This document shows, in pieces, positions 48,512 through 59,000 of a stretch of 64,000 nucleotides of DNA (positions are counted from its first letter, which is position 1; each line of letters begins with the position of its first letter). The stretch covers positions 36,355 to 100,354 of the forward strand of contig CALFZO010000139.1 of NCBI GenBank assembly GCA_937952305.1. The letters are read 5' to 3'. This stretch comes from an uncultured Anaerolineales bacterium. Lineage in GTDB: Bacteria > Chloroflexota > Anaerolineae > Anaerolineales > UBA6663. The notes beneath the pieces were generated by a model. It did not search any database. It had not been told where the DNA came from and saw only the letters and a list, made by a program, of their open reading frames with translations. A program made the position numbers and the translations under genes.

Positions 48512-50845
48512 TCAGGGCGTCTGGGCCGGGTTGATCTCACCCTGCGACTGGGCCGGCACAAAGAACACCACAAAGTCCCGGTACGGCCGGGGCGAGTAAT
48601 AGACGGAGGCCGTGCCATCGGGATACAGGCGGCGCAGTTCCGGCAGCGTCGGGGGCTCGCCATCCGGGCGCGGGTTCTGGGTGTCCTCGACATTGAGGAT
48701 GAACAGCTTGGCGCGCGGGTCGGCCGTGGTGGCCGCCAGGTCATTCAACTGGATGGCGTAATCCTTGTAGATCTGGCCGGCGTACATGCCGGCGGCGCGC
48801 GTATCCACCCAGAACGGGTACGGCCGCACCCAGGCCGTGTCGAACGAGCCGACGGTGGTGGCGAAACTGCGGATGACGGCGCCGATCTCAGACGCGTTCT
48901 GGGCGTTGCCCACGTACTGGGCCGGATACTCTTCGAAGTACATCTGCCGGTTGAGGCCGAAAGCGCCGCCCAGCACCACCAGCAGTGTGAGGGCGGCGGC
49001 GCCCGCGCCGGCGGCGCCCAGCCGGTTCCAATTCACACGCCGGACCAGCAGCCAGAGCGGGTAAGCCGCCAGCATGAAGATGAGCGGGATCGCGCCGCCA
49101 GTCCGCACCACGGACGGGTTCTCGACCGGATAAGCCAGCGACAACGTCGACGGCAGCATCAGGATCGGCACCAGCCACAGCAGCGCTCCGGCCCGCCACT
49201 CCCGGCGCAGGATCAGGCGCGCCAGCGTGTAGCCGGCGCCCAGCACCAGCAAAGCCCCGGAAAACGCGTCCAGCACTGGCCGGCCGGGGAGCGTGTTTAC
49301 CCAGACCTGGTCACCCTGCCAGTTGAACATGCGCAGGGCGTTCCAGTTGTTCTCCAGGAAGATCAGCAGCGGCGAACCGACCACCGCGTTGTCGGCGTCG
49401 CCCAGCCGCGAGGCGGTCCGGTACCAGAACAGGTCCGGTTGATCCACCGAGAACCGCAGCAGCGGCAGGAACACGACCAGGGCCGTGAGCGCCAGCAGCA
49501 GCAGGTTGGCCAGCGTCGCCAGACGCCGGCCGCGCGCGGCCGGCCAGAGCAGCGCCCAGCCCACCAGCGCCACCACGGCCACCGGCAGGATACGGATCGG
49601 GCTGTACCCGTACAGGCCGGCGCCCAGGAACAGCCCGGCCAACAGGAAGTCGTTGCGGGTGCCGCGCTGCAGGGCCCGGAAGACGTGATACAGCACCGGC
49701 GCCACAAAGACCGGGTAGAGCGGGAAGCGCAGCCCGACGCGGCTGATGGCCGTCGCCCAGAAGCTCACGGCCACCAGAAGCGTGGCCAGCAGCGCGAAGG
49801 TGCTGTCTTCCAGCTCGCGCGCCAGCAGGAACACGTAGGGCAGCGTCAGCAGGCCGATCAGCGCGGTGCCGATTTTGAGCGAGAGGTAGCTCACACCCGT
49901 GCCCAGCAGGCCGCCGATCCAGGCCGTCCAATAGAATTGCAGCGGCTCGCGGCCGGTATTGCGTTCGAAGAAGAGCTTGGTCTGGTGGCCCAGCACCAGG
50001 TCGGCCACATCCAGCAGTTTCTCGGCGTGGTCAGACGTCATCTCCGGCGGGATGACGTCGATCTGGGCCAGCCGGAAATACGCGCCCACCGTCAGGATGC
50101 CCAGCAGCGCCAGCATCGTCCACGTGACCCGCACCCAGGCCGCGCCCGAGCGCAGCCCAGCACCCGCCTGCCCCAGCCTGGCCCGGATCCCGTCGAAGGA
50201 ATAGGTAGCCCCCAACCAGGCGACCACCGCGGCCAGCCAGGCGGCCACGTTCAGAGTCGTGAAGCGGTTCTCGGTGGCCGTGAAGAAGGCCAGCCCGCCG
50301 AAGAGCCCGGCGGCCGCCAGCCAGGGCAGCCGGAACGTCAGCGGCCGGGCCTCCGCCACGGCGAAGTCGGCCGGGGGCGGCCACAGCTTCTCGCGCCAGA
50401 CCACCAAGCCGAAGGCGGCCAGGCCGAGCGCGTAGAAGACCAGGCTCCAGGTGAGGTTCTCCGGCTGGTTCGAGAGGCCGATCTGGCCCAGGATCGGCAA
50501 GATGAGGGCGGCCGGCAGGCGCAAAGGCGCCAGCCAGGCGAGCGGATTCGCCGCGGCCGGGCTGGCCGGCGGGGCTTCCAGGCTGGGCCGCGCCGGGCGT
50601 TCCACCGGGGCGATCGGCACTGGCGTCCACGTGTTGGGGCCGCGCACGGCCAACCCCCACACCGCCAGCCCAATCGCCAGCGCCACCAGGAAGAAGCCGG
50701 CGCCGCTGCCGGCGACAAGCCACAGATAGAGGCCCCAGACTGCGGCCAGGCCGGCCAGCCCGAAGCGAAAGAGGCGCTGCAGCGGCGGCTGCACCCAGTG
50801 CGCTTTCAGCCAGTCCAACAGTGACGGCGGCGGGGCGTCGTTCAT
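48512..50845 (-). CDS. Glycosyltransferase family 39 (ArnT/PMT_2)-like membrane protein
   Basis: At least 14 TM segments. The first periplasmic loop PPEMTSDHAEKLLDVADLVLG...ERNTGREPLQFYW is similar to the GT39 DEx loop plus an EPL block. Confidence 0.55.
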   Translation of the reverse strand: MNDAPPPSLLDWLKAHWVQPPLQRLFRFGLAGLAAVWGLYLWLVAGSGAGFFLVALAIGLAVWGLAVRGPNTWTPVPIAPVERPARPSLEAPPASPAAANPLAWLAPLRLPAALILPILGQIGLSNQPENLTWSLVFYALGLAAFGLVVWREKLWPPPADFAVAEARPLTFRLPWLAAAGLFGGLAFFTATENRFTTLNVAAWLAAVVAWLGATYSFDGIRARLGQAGAGLRSGAAWVRVTWTMLALLGILTVGAYFRLAQIDVIPPEMTSDHAEKLLDVADLVLGHQTKLFFERNTGREPLQFYWTAWIGGLLGTGVSYLSLKIGTALIGLLTLPYVFLLARELEDSTFALLATLLVAVSFWATAISRVGLRFPLYPVFVAPVLYHVFRALQRGTRNDFLLAGLFLGAGLYGYSPIRILPVAVVALVGWALLWPAARGRRLATLANLLLLALTALVVFLPLLRFSVDQPDLFWYRTASRLGDADNAVVGSPLLIFLENNWNALRMFNWQGDQVWVNTLPGRPVLDAFSGALLVLGAGYTLARLILRREWRAGALLWLVPILMLPSTLSLAYPVENPSVVRTGGAIPLIFMLAAYPLWLLVRRVNWNRLGAAGAGAAALTLLVVLGGAFGLNRQMYFEEYPAQYVGNAQNASEIGAVIRSFATTVGSFDTAWVRPYPFWVDTRAAGMYAGQIYKDYAIQLNDLAATTADPRAKLFILNVEDTQNPRPDGEPPTLPELRRLYPDGTASVYYSPRPYRDFVVFFVPAQSQGEINPAQTP

Positions 50846-50860
50846 CGTGTGCGGCGGCGC

Positions 50861-51685
50861 TCAGGCCGCCTCTCCGCGGCGGTGGGTGATGAAGAACAGG
50901 TAAGCGCCCTGCTCCGGCAGAGGCTCCTCATAGAAGGGCCGCAGCAGGCGTTCGGTCAGCACCAGGTTGGCGCGGGTCGGCGCCAGGAGCCAGCGCCCGG
51001 TGAGCGCATGGGCCACGGCCGCTGGCAGGCCGAAGTAGTGGCCCCACTCCAGCGCGCGCAGCGCGCCGGCTGAGAAGTAATACCAGTAACGGTCGATGGC
51101 GAAGCCGGCGCGCGCCAGCCGCGCCTCCCAGACCGCCGGGCTGTCGCAATGGTGGTGGCGCGAGATGCGGTTGAAGAAGTTTTCATAGGCGGCGGCCAGC
51201 GGCCGCAGGCCCACCTGCCGCAGCGCGCCCGACACTGACAGGAATTCCAGGAAGTGGTCGCTCGGTGTGCAGAAGATGAAGGGCGCGCCCGGACGGAGCA
51301 CGCGGGCCAGGTCCTTCAGCACCGTGTCCAGGTCCGGGATGTGCTCGAGCACGGAGTTGCTGACGGCGCTGGCGAAGTGCCCGCTCGGAAACGGCAGGTC
51401 CGCGCCGCTGGCCTGGACCAGGCCGCCGTAAGCGGTCGGCCGCAGGCGGCGCGCCTCGCGCAGCGGCGGCGTCCAGGGGTCCACGCCCACATCCAGCGGG
51501 CGGCGGAAGGCTACCGACGCGAAGTGCGCGTCGCCGCAGCCCAGATCCAGGACCGGCTCCGGCAGCGTGATCGTTTCATAGAAGCGCGCCTCCACCGCCC
51601 GCAGCAGGCCCCGGAAGGCCGGCAGGTCTTTGAGGTTGCGCCAGAGCAGGTCGTCACGAGTCGCCTCGTCGATGGCGGAAGTCAT
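50861..51685 (-). CDS. Class I SAM-dependent methyltransferase
   Basis: Motif I VLDLGCGDAHF, and a post-I acidic residue. Confidence 0.75.
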   Translation of the reverse strand: MTSAIDEATRDDLLWRNLKDLPAFRGLLRAVEARFYETITLPEPVLDLGCGDAHFASVAFRRPLDVGVDPWTPPLREARRLRPTAYGGLVQASGADLPFPSGHFASAVSNSVLEHIPDLDTVLKDLARVLRPGAPFIFCTPSDHFLEFLSVSGALRQVGLRPLAAAYENFFNRISRHHHCDSPAVWEARLARAGFAIDRYWYYFSAGALRALEWGHYFGLPAAVAHALTGRWLLAPTRANLVLTERLLRPFYEEPLPEQGAYLFFITHRRGEAA

Positions 51686-51897
51686 GTTTGTTCAGCAGAT
51701 TTGTAGCAAGCCGGAGATGGAAAACCGGACTCGGGTCTCACGCACCAGCACGGCCGGCAGGGCTCGCTCTACCCAGAGCGCCCGCAACGCCACGACTTGG
51801 AGGCCCAGGCGTGGTCAACCCTCGGCAGCCCATCCCAAGTTATACACGGATGCGCGCCAATTTTCTCACGCCCCAGGGTTGACAGAAAGGCCGGTCC

Positions 51898-53058
51898 TCA
51901 CGGCGCGGTTTTGGATTTGAGCAGCGCCGCGAAGAGCGCCTCGTAGCGCGCGGCCGTGGTCGCCGGGCTGAACTGCTCCGCGATCGGGCCGCGCGGGCGC
52001 ACGAAACGCGCCCGGTCCGCCAGGATGGTCAGCAGCGCCTCGGCCAATTCGCCGGACGCCTTGGGCGGCACGGTCAAGCCCATACCCGTCATTTTGCTGG
52101 GCATGCGCACGCCCGGCAGCGCGCTGGCCACGGTCGGCGTGCCGCACAGCGCCGCCTCGATCTGCACCAGCCCGAAGGTCTCGGTGCTGTTGATGCTGGG
52201 CAGCACGTGCACGTCGCAACTGGCGAAGAAGACGGCCATCTGCTCGGGCGTCAGCGTGCCCACATGCGTGTAGTGCTGACGATAGCGCTCCACCAGCGGC
52301 TCGATCTTGCGCCGGTACTCGCTCTCGCCGATGGCTTCGCGCGGGCCGGCGTGCAGGACCAGGGCCTGCGGATAGCGCTCCAGGACGGCCGGCAAGGCCT
52401 CAAACAGATACTCCACGCCCTTTTCGGCCGCCAGGCGCACCGCCAGGCCGATGACCGGGCCGCGGCCGGCCAGGCCGTGCTGCGCGCGGAAGGCGGCCAG
52501 CGCGTCCGGGTCCGGCGCCGGCATCTCCACCGGCGGCGGGATGACCTCGAGCTTGTCCAGGTAGCGCGGCAGGAAGCGCGAGTGGCGGGCGAAGTCCTCG
52601 GTGTAGGCCACCACCCGGTGAGACAGCCCGGCGACGATGTGGTTGCTGGTGTCGGACAGGAGGTTGACGAAGCGGTTCAGCGGCGTGGGCGGCAGGATCA
52701 GGTCGGAGTGGTAGGTGGTCACCACCGGCCGCTGGGAGAGGCGGCCGCGCAGCGCGATGCCGGCGGCGTCCTCCTGCGGCAGGTGCAGGCTGAGCACGTC
52801 GTGCTGCGGCACCAGCTGCGTGGCCAGCCAGCCGATCTTGGGCATGATCACGCCCTTGCTGATGCGCGCAACCACGGGCACCCGGACGATGTGGACGCCG
52901 TGGCTGGTCTCGCGCTCCGGCAGGGTGCGGTCATACTGCGCGGTCAGGACGGTGACCGAGTGGCCGCGCGTCACCAGGGCACGCGCCAGCCGCTCCACAT
53001 AGATGGTCAGCCCGGAGACGTGCGGGCGGTAGTAGGTGAGGGCGATGAGGATTTTCAT
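51898..53058 (-). CDS. Glycosyltransferase family 4 (GT-B, group 1)
   Basis: MKILIALTYYRPHVSGLTIYVERLARAL start and the E-x7-E block ETFGLVQIEAALCGTP. Confidence 0.8.
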   Translation of the reverse strand: MKILIALTYYRPHVSGLTIYVERLARALVTRGHSVTVLTAQYDRTLPERETSHGVHIVRVPVVARISKGVIMPKIGWLATQLVPQHDVLSLHLPQEDAAGIALRGRLSQRPVVTTYHSDLILPPTPLNRFVNLLSDTSNHIVAGLSHRVVAYTEDFARHSRFLPRYLDKLEVIPPPVEMPAPDPDALAAFRAQHGLAGRGPVIGLAVRLAAEKGVEYLFEALPAVLERYPQALVLHAGPREAIGESEYRRKIEPLVERYRQHYTHVGTLTPEQMAVFFASCDVHVLPSINSTETFGLVQIEAALCGTPTVASALPGVRMPSKMTGMGLTVPPKASGELAEALLTILADRARFVRPRGPIAEQFSPATTAARYEALFAALLKSKTAP

Positions 53059-53091
53059 GGCAGACCAAAGCCAGGGACGACCGATGGAGCG

Positions 53092-54114
53092 CTAACCGGA
53101 AGCCCCCGTCATCCGTCGGTCGTCATTCGTCAACACCCCCCGCGCCGAGGCGGCCAGGTGGCCGAGGGACTCGCCTTCCTGCGCCAGCGCCCAGGCGCCG
53201 AGCAGGCTGCTGAGGCCATAGTTGGCGACGTGATGGGCGGCGGCGATGCTGAACGCCAGCCCGCCGGTCACCCCGAAGACGCCGAGAGCGGCCACGCCGG
53301 CCGCCTGCCAGACGCCGATGTTGCCGGGCGCGGACGGCACGGCGATGCTCAATCCGGTGACGACCAGCAGGAAGAAACCCATCGTGGGGCTGGCCGCCGG
53401 CAGAAAGACCAGCAGCAGCAGCCAGGCGCTGAAGCCCGCGCACACCCAGGCCGCGGCCGAATACGTAGCCGCCGTCAACAGGCGGCGCCGGTCGTGCAGC
53501 GCGTCCAGGCCGTCCACAAAGGAATGAAACAGGTCTTCCAGGCGCTGGGCCTGGCCCCACAGGCGCGCCAGCAGGCCCACCCCCCAGCGCACCAGACGCA
53601 GCAGCCAGGCCGGCTTGCGCGCGACGACAAACAGCGCGGCCAGCGCCAGCACCGGCACCAGGAACACGAGCGCCAGGGCCAGCCGGCCGCCCAGCAGGCC
53701 GGTCACCAGCGGCAGGAAGGCGGTGAGCATGCCCGCGATCATGCACAGATCGATGACGCGCTCCACCAGCACAGACGAGAGCGCCTGGGCCGTCGTCAAC
53801 TGGCGGGTGCGGCTAATCAGGTAGGCGCGGCCGACCTCGCCCAGCCGGAACGGCAGGACGTTGTTCAACAGGTAGCCGGCATTCAAAGCGCGGAAGACCC
53901 GGCCAAACGGCAGCGCCCGGCCCAGGATCGTGCGCCAGCTCAGCGCCCGCGCCGCCTGGCCGAGCAGGATCAGGCCCAGGGCCGGCAGGGCGTACATGTA
54001 GTTGGCGCCGCGCAGCGCCGCGCTGACCTCGGCCAGATGCACATCGCGCAGCGCCCAAACCAGGGCCACGAGGCTGATCAGCAAGCCGACGAGCCACTGC
54101 AGATTACGGCGCAT
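53092..54114 (-). CDS. Flippase-like / lysylphosphatidylglycerol-synthase-TM-domain (UPF0104) membrane protein
   Basis: About 8 TM segments. The N-terminus MRRNLQWLVGLLISLVALVWALRDV... is typical of the UPF0104 family. Confidence 0.6.
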   Translation of the reverse strand: MRRNLQWLVGLLISLVALVWALRDVHLAEVSAALRGANYMYALPALGLILLGQAARALSWRTILGRALPFGRVFRALNAGYLLNNVLPFRLGEVGRAYLISRTRQLTTAQALSSVLVERVIDLCMIAGMLTAFLPLVTGLLGGRLALALVFLVPVLALAALFVVARKPAWLLRLVRWGVGLLARLWGQAQRLEDLFHSFVDGLDALHDRRRLLTAATYSAAAWVCAGFSAWLLLLVFLPAASPTMGFFLLVVTGLSIAVPSAPGNIGVWQAAGVAALGVFGVTGGLAFSIAAAHHVANYGLSSLLGAWALAQEGESLGHLAASARGVLTNDDRRMTGASG

Positions 54115-54167
54115 AGCGGACGAAAGACTGCGGACGAAGGACGACCTCTCTCGTCATCCGCCGCTCG

Positions 54168-55970
54168 TCAATCCTCCCCCAGCTTCAGGACGGCCATGAA
54201 GGCCTCCTGCGGGATCTCCACCTGGCCGACCATCTTCATGCGCCGCTTGCCCTTCTTTTGCTTCTCCAGCAGTTTCTTCTTGCGCGTGATGTCGCCGCCG
54301 TAGCACTTGGCCAGCACGTCTTTCTTCATGCCGCGCACGTTGGCGCGCGAGATGATCCGGCCGCCGGCCGAGGCCTGCACCGGCACCTGGAACTGCTGGC
54401 GCGGGATCAGATCTTTGAGCTTGGTCACCAGCGCCTGGCCGGTGGCGTAGGCCTTCTCCTTGTGGACGATCATGGCCAGCGCGTCCACGGGCTCCTCGTT
54501 CACCAGCACGTCCAGCTTCACCAGGTCCTGCACGCGGTAGCCGGCCACGTGGTAATCCAGCGAGGCGTAACCGCGCGTGCGGCTCTTGAGGTGGTCGTAG
54601 AAATCCACGATCAGCTCGGCCAGCGGGATATCAAACTTGAGCAGCACGCGGCCGGGCGCCGGGTACTCCTGCTCCGCGAACTCGCCGCGCCGCTTGGTCA
54701 CCAGGTCCATGATGGTGCCGTAGTAGGTCTCGGGCGTGAAGATCTCGATGCGCATCCACGGCTCGCCGATGGTCTCGATGCGCGCGGGGTCCGGCAGATC
54801 GGCCGGCGAGTCGATCAGCACGATTTCGCCGTTGGTGAGCTTGACCTCGTACTCCACCGACGGCGCGGTGGCGATGATGTCCAGGTCGTACTCGCGCTCC
54901 AGGCGCTCCTGGATGATGTCCATATGGAACAGGCCCAGGAAACCGCAGCGGAACCCGAAATTGAGGGCCTGGGACGTCTCCGGCTCCCAGACCAGCGAGG
55001 CGTCGTTGAGCTGGAGCTTCTCCAGCGCCTCTTTCAGATCCTGGTAATCCTCGCCGTCCACGGGATAAAGGCCGGCGAAGACCATGGGCTTGATCTTCTG
55101 GTAGCCGGGCAGAGGCGCCGCGGCTGGCCGGCCGGCCAGCGTGAGCGTGTCGCCGACGCGGCATTCCTGCACGGTCTTCAGGCCGGTGGCCACGTAGCCC
55201 ACCTCGCCGGCCTCCAGCTCGCCGGTGATGACCATCTGCGGCGAGAACGTGCCGATCTCCACCGGATCGCCTTCGCTGCCGGTGGCGAACATGTGGAAGC
55301 GGTCGCCCTTGCGGATGCGGCCGTCCACCACGCGCACGTAGGCCACCACGCCCTTGTAGGAGTCGTAGTGCGAGTCGAAGATCAGGGCGCGCAGCGGCGC
55401 CTCCGGATCGCCTTTGGGCTTGGGCACGTGCCGGACCACGGCTTCCAGCACGGCCTGGATGTTGGTGCCGTCCTTGGCCGAGATCGGGAGGATGTCGTCC
55501 GACGAGCCGCCCAGCAGGTCCACGATCTCCTGGCGCACCTCTTCGACGCGCGCCGACGGCAGATCGATCTTGTTGATGACGGGGATGATCTCCAGGCCGG
55601 CATTCAGGGCCAGGTACAGGTTGGCCAAGGTCTGGGCCTCGATGCCCTGGGTGGCGTCCACCACCAGCACGGCGCCCTCGCAGGCGGCCAGCGCCCGCGA
55701 GACCTCGTACTGGAAGTCCACGTGGCCGGGGGTGTCGATCAGGTTGAGTTCGTACTCGCCGCCGGCCTGGGCCGTGTAGCGCATGCGCACGGCCGAGGCT
55801 TTGATGGTGACGCCTTTCTCGCGCTCCAGGTCCATCGAATCCAGGATCTGCTCGGTGGTGTCCCGGTCCGGCACGGTGCCGGTCAGGTGCAGCAAGCGGT
55901 CGGCCAGGGTCGATTTGCCGTGGTCGATATGGGCGATGATGCAGAAATTGCGGATTTGAGCTTCTTCCAT
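54168..55970 (-). CDS. lepA: Elongation factor 4
   Basis: [22 protein letters not shown] and [11 protein letters not shown], with the LepA-specific C-terminus. I chose the start at MEEAQIRNF (55970). Confidence 0.95.
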   Translation of the reverse strand: MEEAQIRNFCIIAHIDHGKSTLADRLLHLTGTVPDRDTTEQILDSMDLEREKGVTIKASAVRMRYTAQAGGEYELNLIDTPGHVDFQYEVSRALAACEGAVLVVDATQGIEAQTLANLYLALNAGLEIIPVINKIDLPSARVEEVRQEIVDLLGGSSDDILPISAKDGTNIQAVLEAVVRHVPKPKGDPEAPLRALIFDSHYDSYKGVVAYVRVVDGRIRKGDRFHMFATGSEGDPVEIGTFSPQMVITGELEAGEVGYVATGLKTVQECRVGDTLTLAGRPAAAPLPGYQKIKPMVFAGLYPVDGEDYQDLKEALEKLQLNDASLVWEPETSQALNFGFRCGFLGLFHMDIIQERLEREYDLDIIATAPSVEYEVKLTNGEIVLIDSPADLPDPARIETIGEPWMRIEIFTPETYYGTIMDLVTKRRGEFAEQEYPAPGRVLLKFDIPLAELIVDFYDHLKSRTRGYASLDYHVAGYRVQDLVKLDVLVNEEPVDALAMIVHKEKAYATGQALVTKLKDLIPRQQFQVPVQASAGGRIISRANVRGMKKDVLAKCYGGDITRKKKLLEKQKKGKRRMKMVGQVEIPQEAFMAVLKLGED

Positions 55971-56021
55971 AGCCTGACACAGTAAGCGGGAGAGTTGGCT
56001 CTCCCGCCCCACCCAATTTTA

Positions 56022-56057
56022 GCTGAAAAGAACCGAAACGGGGCGGCCGGCCGTTTC
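56022..56057 (-). terminator. Candidate terminator overlapping the cyclase stop codon
   Basis: The minus strand reads TGAAACGG-N9-CCGTTTC followed by GGTTCTTTTC. The stem is 7 bp. Confidence 0.4.
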
Positions 56058-59000
56058 AGGCCTGCACGACGACACGGTTGCGGCCGGAGGCCTTGGCCAG
56101 GTAGAGGGCCCGGTCGGCCGCCGCCATCACGGCCTCGCTCGCCCGGCCGTGCTCGGGGAAGGCCGCCAGGCCGGCCGAGAAGGTGGCCGCCAGCCGGCGC
56201 CCGCCGCTCTCAAAGCTCAGGCCGGCGAAGCGCTCGCGCCACTCCTCGGCCCGGCGCTGGGCCCCGTCCGCGGTCAGGCCGGGCAGCACCACCAGGATCT
56301 CCTCGCCGCCATAGCGGCAGACGATGTCCGAGCGCCGGGTGTGGGTCTCCAGCAGCCGGGCCAGCGCCTGCAGCACGCCATCGCCGGCGGCGTGGCCGTG
56401 CTCGTCGTTGAGGCGCTTGAAGCGGTCGATGTCGATCATCACCAGGCAGACGGGGTGGTTCTCACGCGCCGCCCGCGCCAGTTCCTGCTCCAACGCTTCC
56501 TGCAGGTAACGCCGGTTGAACAGCCCGGTCAGCGGATCGCGGATGGCCTGCTCGCGCAGGCTGGCCTGCAGGGCCTCGATGGTGGCCAGCTGCACCTGCA
56601 GGCGCTCGTTGGCCTGGCGCAAGGAGGCCTCCGCCTGGCGGCGCTCGGTCAGTTCCTTGCGGGCCGCCTCGTACAGGCGCGCGTTCTCCAGGGCCAGGGC
56701 CGCCTGGGGCGCGATGGTCTCCAGCAGCCGGATCTGGTCCGGCGTGTAGGCGTCCGGCTGGTAGCTCTGGACCGAGATCACGCCGACCACCTGGTCGCCC
56801 ACCAGCAGCGGCGCCCCTACGTAGGAGCGGGTGAGCTCGCCGCGCGAACGCACGCTCGGATGGGCACGGGCGTTCTCCGGCGCGAGCGTGTCCGGGATGT
56901 AGAGCGTGGTCCGGCTGAGGATGACCTCGCCGCTCAGGCCCGGGCGCTCCCGAATGTCGCGCGGATGGCTGGGCAGAAACTCGCCCCGGTCGAAAAACAG
57001 CAGGTGCTCCACCAAGCCGCTGTCGGCGTCGTAGACGCCGATATAGAAGGCGTCCAGCGGCAGGAGCTGGCGGCATTCCTCGTACAGCGCGCGCAGGACG
57101 TGCTGCAGTTCCAGGCCGGAAGTGACCGCCAGACTGATGCGGTTGAGGACGGCCAACTGGTCGGCGCGCCGGTGGACCTCATCGTACAGGCGCGCGTTCT
57201 CGATGGCCGTGGCCGCCTGGTCGGCGAAGGCGCGCAGCGCATCCACATGGGCGGGCGCGAAGAAGCCCGGCGTCGCGCTGTCCAGGTTCAGAAAGCCCAC
57301 CACCCGCCCCTTCGACCGGATCGGCATCCCGACGTAAGAGCGCACCCAACGCGTGCCGGGATAGTCGATCCAGCCTGGCTCGGTCCAGGTGTCCGGCACG
57401 GTCATGGGCTGCCCGCTCTCGACCATGCGCCGCAGGAACGGCGCTTCGGCCAGGGGCATGCGCAGCCCCAGAATGGCGGCGGTCACCTCGGGCGCATAGC
57501 CGCGGGCGCGCACCACCTGCGCCACGCCGTGCTCGTCGACCAGGGCCACGTTGACGGCCTCATGCGGCACCACCCGGCCGACGTTGGCGAGCAGATGTTC
57601 GAGCACTTCTTCAAAGTTGCGCGTGGCGGCCAGGGCGGCGGCCGTGTCACGCAGGGCTTCGGCCAGCTGGCGCTGGTCGCGCTCGGCCTGCTCGATGCGG
57701 CGGCGCTCGGTGATGTCGTTCAGACCGGTCAGCATGACCAGCTCGCCCTGATAGGTCGTCAGCGTCGCCGAGAGCAGCACCCAGAACCGGGAGCCGTCTT
57801 CGCGCTGCATCTCGGTCTCCCAATCGCGCCGCCCGCCGTCACGCTGGACGAGGGCCACAAAGGCCGCCCGCTCCTCCGGGCGCACATACAGCGACGGGGC
57901 CGCGCGGCCGACGGCGTCGGCGGGCGCCACGCCGAACAGCTCGCCGGCCGGCGGGTTGAGATACAGCAGAGTGTTGTCGGACAGGCGCGTCAGCACCAGC
58001 GGCAGCGGCAGGGCGTCCACCATCAGGCGGAAGCGCGCCTCGTTTTCGCGCAGCTGGGCCTCCATGCGCGCGCGCTCGGTCACGTCGCGCAGCCGGAGCA
58101 GGCGCCCAGCTTGCGCGCCGTCGGCGTGCCGGACGGGGGTGGCGGCCACGGCGTAGACGCGCCGCTGGCCGGCCACGTCCACGGGCAGCTCGGCTTCGAC
58201 CTCGGCGGAGGCCGGGTCCGGCGCCAGCCCCCAGGGATAACCCGGCAGGGCCTCGGCGGCCGGCCGGCCGATGACGGCCTCGGCCTTCAGACCCAGGATC
58301 GCGGCGGCCGCGGGGTTGTAATCCACCAGGCGCTCGCGCGGGTCCAGGACGAGCACGGGGTCAGCCAGGCTCGCCAGCACGGCGTCCCGGGCCAGCGGCC
58401 GGACCTCCAGGACGCCGTAGCGGAACAGCGCCAGCCACAACAACAGCCCGGTCAATGAGAAGCTGGCCGGCGCCAGGTTGTAGCCGGGCAGCGGCGTGAT
58501 CCCGGCCAGGAACAGGCTGTCCGCCAGGACGGGCACCGCCACACTCGCGACGATCAACGCCACCTGCCGGCGATAGAGCGGCCGCGCCGCACCATACGCG
58601 CGGGTCATCACCACCAGCCCCACCAACGCCAGCGCGTAGCCGTACAGCGCGCTGACCCAGAACCACAGCCCGAAGTCCGACCGCAGGACCAGGAGCGACC
58701 CGGCCTCTTCCAGGCGGAAGTTGTAACGGAAGAGATTATGCGCGTCGGTGGTCCAGGCCAGGCCAGCCGTAAGGATGGGCACTAGGCTGAAGGGCACCAT
58801 CAAGCGCCAGGTCAGGGGCTGGGCCGGCTGGGCGAACCGGACCGCCAGCGCCAGCCCGGCCACGGGCAGCGCCGCGATGGGCAGATAGCGGACTTTGAGC
58901 CACAGCAGCTTGTCGGCCAGAGTCGGACTGTTGGTGTCCAGGGCGTAGGCGAGCGCCCACAGCGCGGCCAGGAACACCAGCGCGCGGAAAGCCGGAGCCG

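Noticed and set aside
45105-48599. A 1164-codon ORF on the plus strand, plus many other long plus-strand ORFs such as 43104-44741, 52207-54303, 54258-55985 and 56149-58458.
   Set aside because: They lie antisense to genes with clear family signatures. Their translations are Arg/Gly/Gln/His/Pro-rich with no recognisable motifs. This is the classic stop-codon-poor antisense artefact of a ~70 % GC genome.
51686-51897. A 212-bp gap between the GT4 and methyltransferase genes, checked for a tRNA, sRNA or riboswitch.
   Set aside because: There is no tRNA-like T-arm or acceptor pattern, no convincing terminator-flanked hairpin and no conserved motif that I recognise. It is most simply an internal promoter region.
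55986-56007. A perfect 9-bp hairpin (GCGGGAGAG-N4-CTCTCCCGC) just upstream of the lepA start.
   Set aside because: It could be a second terminator stem for the cyclase gene or a 5'-UTR structure. It has no U-tract and no known motif, so there is not enough to assign a function.
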